Shown in pieces: positions 49,246-64,000 of a DNA stretch of 64,000 bases; position 1 is the stretch's first letter; each line of letters begins with the position of its first letter. The stretch is from assembly GCA_002269645.1 (NCBI GenBank), contig NIVC01001954.1:62001-126000 (forward strand), in the 5' to 3' direction. The DNA is from Macrostomum lignano. Taxonomy: Eukaryota. Both the position numbers and the translations under genes were made by a program. A model generated the notes under the pieces. It was not told the DNA's origin, did no database searches, and saw only the letters and a program-made list of their open reading frames with translations.

Positions 49246-49964
49246 TAGAATTTGAGCATCAAACTTCGTTCTTTTTTAGCATATTTGCATAATTTCTGTT
49301 TAATTTTAAAGCTAAATTCTCCAAATCTTTCAAATTCGACTTCAGTTCTCAGCTTGGAGCCTTCATGGCTGTGAATGGCACATAATTAGTGACAGTAAGT
49401 CAACATTTCTAATCTAAATATTAAAACTGCCGTCTGTAAACAGAGAATTTTTGGTTGAGGTCCTTAGAGACCACTTCTAGACAATCACGGGAGCGGTCGC
49501 GGGGGGTTCAATCCAGGTATTTACAGTCGTTAGCAGTCCCTGATGCAGCTATTTAGACAAAGAAAATATTTCAGAAGATTTTTCTACGCGAGCTGTTGCC
49601 TCCTGTCCTTAACCCCCGGGCCCTGCTCCCCAGCCATCCCGCATAATTCTGAGCTGCATGTGTGCTCAAAAAAGCTGAGATATCGCACGCAAGTGTGGCA
49701 ACAGATTGTCTTGTGCTGGGTCTGCTGGGTCTTCATAATCGCTTCTATTCTACAAGCTATCTATATGGGCGTGTGATCTCGAAGCAAGTTGAGGGATTTT
49801 TCTCCCATTTATGGAGACGGCCACGTGGGGTGGCCGGGCCGAGACTGCTGCTGTTGTTTTGATTGCCTCTGGAGATCACCCGGCGTCCGGGATTGCCAAG
49901 GGGGTTTGATTTAGCGATAGAAACTCTGGAGTTGACTCTACAATAAGCGCTTGAGGCGTCTAAA

Positions 49965-50575
49965 ACTTGGCGCTGAGATCTCGTTTGAGGCGTCTAAAAC
50001 TTGGCGCTAAGATCTCGTTTGTGGTGTCTAAAAATTGGCGCTAAGATCTCGTTTGTGGTGTCTAAAAATTGGCGCTAAGATCTCGTTTGTGGTGTCTAAA
50101 AATTGGCGCTAAGATCTCGTTTGTGGTGTCTAAAAATTGGCGCTAAGATCTCGTTTGTGGTGTCTAAAAATTGGCGCTAAGATCGATCGTTTGTGGTGTC
50201 TAAAATTGGCGCTAAGATCTCGTTTGTGGTGTCTAAAAATTGGCGCTAAGATCTCGTTTGTGGTGTCTAAAAATTGGCGCTAAGATCTCGTTTGTGGTGT
50301 CTAAAAATTGGCGCTAAGATCTCGTTTGTGGTGTCTAAAAATTGGCGCTAAGATCGATCGTTTGTGGTGTCTAAAAATTGGCGCTAAGATCTCGTTTGTG
50401 GTGTCTAAAAATTGGCGCCAAGATCTCGTTTGTGGTGTCTAAAAATTGGCGCTAAGATCTCGTTTGTGGTGTCTAAAAATTAGCGCTAAGATCTCGTTTG
50501 TGGTGTCTAAAAATTGGCGCTAAGATCTCGTTTGTGGTGTCTAAAAATTGGCGCTAAGATCTCGCTTGTGGCGCT
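49965..50575. repeat. 34-bp minisatellite GGCGCTAAGATCTCGTTTGTGGTGTCTAAAAATT, ~17 copies
   Basis: Direct inspection; no spacers. Confidence 0.96.
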
Positions 50576-51824
50576 AAACTTAAACCACGCTAACACAATT
50601 ACTGGAGTCGGCACACAATCCAGAGGTTAAATTTGGATCTCCTTGGCCAAGCGGTTGCAAGAGGCAACAGCTTGCGCTGAGGGGAGACTTCCCCCTAGCA
50701 GGGGAGGACAGACAAGGCCGCATTAATCCCTAAAAGCAATTAATTTTCCTCCCCTTTGTTTTGTTGCGTTTCGTCCCCCCCCCCCGCCCACAGCCGTTAG
50801 CAACAGCCGGTAGAAATCCCATTGGCCAAGACCAAAGCCGCTATCGCTCCCCCATTGGACCCTGGCCTTTGAGGCATCTCAATCTCAAAAAGGGATTTTC
50901 GCTAAGCTTCCCCGGCCTCTCAGTTAGGAGCCAGCAGGGCCAGCTAATAATCCTGGAAAAGATTATCAGCTCAGAGGAATCCTATTCAAGCCGGCAGCAG
51001 ATCAGCCAGGTAAGCTGGATTTCATCCTTTATGCCTCCTTATCTCCGATTCGCCCCAACTGTTTCGTGCGGAGCTCTGTGTAACAGAGAAAAAATCCTTC
51101 AAAAATCCATTGAAAATGCTCTCTATATTCTATCAATTTTTTTGTCGGAGACTTACCGATCCAAATCCCTGTTTATCTCTGATTATCTGCATGGCTCAAT
51201 GCTGCTGCCTGTAGACATGCAACTGTACGCAGTGTATAAAATTGTACAAAACAGATTATAGAATAGCTGCAAGTGACAAGCTGGTACTGTGGGTTGGCAG
51301 GTGCGGATGCGGAGTAGAGGCTGATGAGGCAGGGGTCAACAGACCCCTCTTGGAAAAAATCCTGCGTCCGCCCCGCTTGCCTTTTTGCCATTTCTTAAAT
51401 TGGAGCTGCATAAATCTCAGACTTTCTATATGAACATTAATCACTATAGGCAGACACGTCTCGCGGGTCGTCTGTAAACTCTCATCTTGATCTAGAGACC
51501 GTTCTTAATCCATCAGTTGTTCCTGTAGTCCAGTCCTTTATCCGGCCCTTGATTCCTTTGAAACTTCTCATAGGCAATCCGCGGTTCAAGGTTTGTGTCT
51601 CTTCTCGCATCTATCTCCTCTTTCCTCTAATCTCACACCTGGCCTGCAGCCATGTCTAGTTTCTAGATTGTTTATCTAGTCCTTGAGCCAAACTTGGGGT
51701 GAAAGCAGTTCCAGTCGAATATGTGCATTAGTTGAGTTACGCCATCATACGCATCTTACATCGTCTCACTCGCCTATCGAACCGTACTGTATTGTATCGA
51801 ATTCGTTATTTAGTTATCGTTATC

Positions 51825-52014
51825 AATCAACCAATCAATCAACCAATCAATCAATTGATCAATCAATTGATCAATCAATCAATCAGTCAATCAATCAATT
51901 GATCAATCAATCAATCAATCAATCAATCAGCCAATCAGTCAATCAATCAATCAATTGATCAGTCAATCAATCAATCAATCAGCCAATCAGTCAATCAATC
52001 AATCAATTGATCAG

Positions 52015-52070
<56 letters not shown>

Positions 52071-52465
52071 CCAACCAGCCAACCAAGCAATCAAGCAACC
52101 AAGCAACCACGCAACCAAGCAACCAAGCAACCAAGCAACCAAGCAACCAACCAACCAACCAACCAACCAACCAACCAACCAAGCAACCAACCAAGCAACC
52201 AAGCAACCAAGCAACCAAGCAACCAAGCAACCAAGCAACCAACCAAGCAACCAAGCAACCAAGCAACCAACCAACCAACCAACCAAGCAACCAACCAAGC
52301 AACCAACCAACCAACCAACCAACCAACCAACCAACCAAGCAACCAACCAAGCAACCAAGCAACCAAGCAACCAAGCAACCAAGCAACCAAGCAACCAAGC
52401 AACCAACCAAGCAACCAACCAACCAACCAACCAACCAACCAACCAACCAACCAACCAACCAACTA
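51825..52465. repeat. Graded tetranucleotide tract (ATCA)n changing to (AAGC/AACC)n, ending ~30 bp before the Otx ATG
   Basis: Direct inspection. Confidence 0.96.
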
Positions 52466-52494
52466 ACCATTCAGTAAGAAATCAAGACAACAAC

Positions 52495-55130
<2,636 letters not shown>

Positions 55131-57901
55131 TAATACTCTTACTAAGCATTGGGCCCGAAGAGATGATCGACAGTTAATTTGCTTTTATACAGGTGTCGGC
55201 CGTTTGGTAGTTGAAGATGATTAATTTACGAGTTACAATATTCGTGATTAAAGTTTTATACTTAAAACTAACTTTAAACTTTAAAGTGTCCACGCGACAC
55301 TCGGTTAATCCTTAGATTTCAGACCCTAGAATGTGTTGTCGGACTTCGATCATTAACAATCAAATTTCTTAAGAGATGGTATTTGTTCTCTAACGAAATA
55401 GTTAATCATACAGTGAAACGCAATTTATTTATGGATTAATAATTAATTCAGTTAGAAATTATTTAATTTGAAACATACTTCGTATTATTTCCGCTTCAAC
55501 TGCATATCTGTACGAGCGTATTTATAGTTATTATTCGTGAATGACTGCGAATATGACTTTTACTCCTCCATGTATATTTATACGTATGTACGCGTATGTA
55601 CTTCAATTGGTGGAAGGTGATTTACATGTACAATCGCCAAGTTAAACACTCGTACTTTTTAAGTTTAAAAAAGTCAGGTGCAGTTGTTTCTGTTCACATT
55701 GCAGTTTGCCAACCTATAGTGTATAGATAGCTTTTTGGGCTTACTACAATACAGGAGCTCGTATGTTGGCATTAGTTCATTTATTGTGGCGTTAAATCGC
55801 GAGTAAGATTCATTGTTTATCTTTATCCTCAGCACAAAAATAAGTACTTGACTAGAAAACTAAAGCAGATGCAGTACAAATGTGTATATAACTGCACTCA
55901 CAAGTCATACATGTATAAAACAGTCAGCAGATTTCACTGGAGACCCGTTTCTCGCTATGAAATGCTTTGTCAATTATAGAAGTATCAGTTTCTCATAGTA
56001 AAAATACACATGTCGGAGTTTTCATTGAAAATACAGTGTTCTACAATGTAAATGTACATACAGTTTGAAAGATGGTAGTCCTTATGGGTATACTGCATGC
56101 AAGAGTAGCGGCCGCGACAATTACATTCAAAATGTTGTTGTGTGAATCAATTTTTCAAAGATATGTTATCCAGGACAAGATGTCGTCTTTGTATGCTGCT
56201 TTCTTTAGCTTGCTTGCCGGTTTTCGGTTGCATTTTTCAAAACAATGTATATAAAGTGGCAGCGCATGCAGCAGCAACCTCCGATTGGGGGGGGGGGGGG
56301 TGGGCGGTGGTTGGGTGGTCGCCACATTTCCCAGCAAATTTTTAGAATTAAGGAAACGCACTATGCTAAAATTTCACAAAAATAAAATGCATCGTCGTAA
56401 AATTTCAGTTTGACTTAGAAAGCAAGTTTTTCATTAATTAGGTTAATTATTAAGAAACCCCTTTGGATTGAACAGGAAAAATATATGCTGCTACTTAATT
56501 GTTGTTTTACAATTAGAAAAGTTGTTCAACTAAGGGGCCTATAAAGCTTTCAATGATACTTTCATTAACAAGTTCATAAAATTATTTACCGCTTTAACAC
56601 CTGCACAGTGTATAAAATTAATTACAAATTTACGGTTACATTTAAAAAGTTATAACAAATTAAATATAATACAATGTAACATTACTAAAAAATAGAAAAG
56701 TATGCATGAATTTTTTTATAAAAACTTATTATTTATAATTTTTTGCAATTTTTTGGAGTTTTTCTTGCAGCTTTGCTGACTCACAAGGCAGATATGAAGT
56801 ATGTATTATTTCTTGTACAAAAATCGGCCGTACTTGATCCGGCTCATTCCAGTCTACGTTGCCAGTCAAAGTTCATTGGTTTATTATTGTCAGTTTTCAT
56901 TGTTTATCATTTAAAACACTTTTCTGGTTCTATTTGTAGTTTTTCTTGACTAGAAATTACCTAGGCCCTATTCTAATTATTGTTCTTGTGCTTCTTAAGT
57001 TCTTGAAGAATCTATTGACATTATTGGTATTAAAATAGGCCTAAGCATAGGCTGCCTAGTTTCTTAAATGTATTGGTTTCCCTGCAGATATTTAGACAAA
57101 CATAAAAAAAGATCTTAATCTTAATCTTAATCTATAAGTATTATGCCTAATGGTTCTTGTTTACTTCAAAATTTGTGGATCTTTTCTGTCTAATCTATCT
57201 CAATATCAATATCTAGTGGGTGCAGCCGAAATCGTCATATTCAAAATCGTCATATGATGATGACGACTTGAACAAATCTCGAAGACTTAAACATTTAAAT
57301 ATGACGACTTTGACCAAAGGCAAGGGTGTATTCATTTTGGATTTTTCTACCTTCGGGCAAAAATCCCTTGCATGCACCCAATTTTTATATTAACTGTGTC
57401 AATTAATGCTGATTCAATTAATTGCTGGGTTGGCATTGCGTTCGCGCGAATTAATCTGGAGAAATCGCGCAAAGGAATCACAACGAAATTTTCTTTCTCC
57501 TGCTTACTCCGACAGCCGGGTTCTCAAGTCTAATAAATCTAATAAAACTATAAAATAAAACTAACAAGTCTAAAGTGCGCAAAACTAATAAATATATTTG
57601 AACTAAACTGTCAAACGCAAAAGGAAAAAGACAAGAAAAAGAAAAAGGAAAAAGGGGGTTGAAAATTAGGCGGCACATCAAGGCAGTATAAATATTAAAA
57701 AAGGTTACAATCAACGGGTGGGGGTGCCGCTGGTTGCTGGACACACTACTGGACCAAAAATCCCATGCATGGAGACTACCGATGGAACGGCTCACAAACA
57801 TGCAAGCAACAACTTACTTACTTACTACTGACGGGGGGCGCAGGCGCCGCGAATAGGCCGCGAGGCCCCTATCGCAACCCCAAGGTAAAAGAGCACAAGG
57901 A

Positions 57902-62761
<4,860 letters not shown>

Positions 62762-63410
62762 TTATCCCAGGATTGCTCCCAGGCGAGGCTCCGGCAGGCC
62801 CCCGGTCCACACTCTGCAAGATCAGGGGGCGGGAGGCCGGCTGCGGGCTTGGGACACAGGCGCCAGGTCGAGTTGACAGCCGACGCCCGAGCCCTCCCCC
62901 ACAAGAGCGGCCCTCGAGAACCCGTGTGGTACCAGTTGCAACTAAGGGCTGTCGATGGGTAGTTGGCGCTTAGCCAGCAGCCAACTACTTAGCAGCCACC
63001 TGCCCCGCAAAAAAGCAGCAGGGGGGATCCGTCCCCCACCAGCAGACCAAGACGAGGAAGCTAGCCGCTTCCACGCCAGGCCAGAACGAAAAGGAGGGGG
63101 AAGAGCCTCCTCGAAAAACGAAAAGCTGGCGGATGTCACAGAGTCCCTCGGTTTAAGTTGCCGTTTGCCCCCCATGCAAGCAACAAAATTAAAAACAAAA
63201 GTTTTGACCAAGATTTGACCAAGACCTACTTTTCCAATCAAAGGAAGAACAGAACAATTTCTGGAACTTCCAGTCAATAGAAATGTGACAAAAATTAAAC
63301 ATTTGGAGCAGTTTTCCTTTTAAATGAGTTATTAAAGTAATGGTAATAGTTCAAATATCAATTAAGTGGCACCCGACTGCCACACATGACTACTGAGAAT
63401 ACACTGTAAA

Positions 63411-63592
63411 CAGTGGCGCAACTAGGGGGGGGGGGGCGGTCGCCCCCCCTTAGGCGGGGGACCGAAAAAAAATCAAAGGGGGGACCAAGCAAATTTTCGC
63501 CAAAAACAGAGCCACCCCTCTGCCGCCCCCCTCCCGGGACTTTACCCTCAGAATCCGCCCCCCCCCTTGAAAAATTTCTGGTTGCGCTACTG
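63411..63592. mobile_element. hAT-type MITE, 182 bp
   Basis: 15-bp TIRs CAGTGGCGCAACTAG / CAGTAGCGCAACCAG (reverse complement of the right end), with a perfect 8-bp TSD ACTGTAAA at 63403-63410 and 63593-63600. Confidence 0.9.
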
Positions 63593-64000
63593 ACTGTAAA
63601 TTGTTTTAATTTGTTGGCAAACAAGAACACACTGCCGCCATGAGCTAAGATCCTTGCGCAGCCAATGCAACACAATATGACAATTTAGTGAATGCAGCAT
63701 TGTCCAATACTGAGATGATGACGATTTAGATAATTTAGTTGTTTTTCTCATAAGCTGCAGATGACGATCTCGAATATGACGACTTCGGCCGGAACCATAT
63801 CTAGCAACCCCCTAGTGCCACTGCACCAGTTCCTAAACTAAAAAATGAATCAAAATGAATTTTTGTTCTTATTTATATACATGTTATTCTGGTTGTTCCC
63901 CTTAAATCATTTTGGCTATGAATATTTTGCTTACCCTAGGCCCTAGGGCTTAGGATAGAATTTTTGTACAAAATCCTAGACACATTCTATGGGGTTATAC

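Noticed and set aside
49965-50575. 34-bp direct repeats of CRISPR-like length
   Set aside because: Head-to-tail with no unique spacers, no cas genes, and a eukaryotic context.
63936-63953. 16-bp palindrome CCCTAGGGCCCTAGGG
   Set aside because: Isolated, at the window edge, with no supporting context.

Overview
Eukaryotic, extremely tandem-repeat-rich genomic DNA. Style and repeat content suggest a free-living flatworm such as Macrostomum; this is an inference, not a database match. All gene models were assembled by hand from GT-AG junctions with consistent phases. From left to right: (1) the last three exons of a TRPM-like channel (+); (2) three tandem paralogous type-I membrane genes (-), each with two divergent C-type-lectin-like domains, a Thr-rich mucin stalk and a TM helix, one copy broken by a 17-bp deletion; (3) a SARA/endofin (ZFYVE9/16)-like gene (-) that appears to encode only the C-terminal region, with no FYVE finger; (4) an 11-exon, ~1148-aa multi-CUB type-I membrane protein (-) and a decayed paralog with three amber stops and a frameshift; (5) an Otx homeobox gene (+) whose conserved C-terminal tail is out of frame in this sequence; (6) a full-length LOA/R1-group non-LTR retrotransposon with a 14-bp TSD, RNase H and an overlapping TAATG stop-start, nested with a hAT MITE inside a probable older DNA element. 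There are also tRNA-derived SINEs, an RTE fragment and about 30 different tandem arrays. The most striking pattern is that almost every intron of the CUB and SARA-like genes holds its own private satellite, and several satellites are amplified copies of splice-site sequence, including about 24 tandem copies of a real exon/intron junction. Most long ORFs in the supplied track are repeat artefacts.
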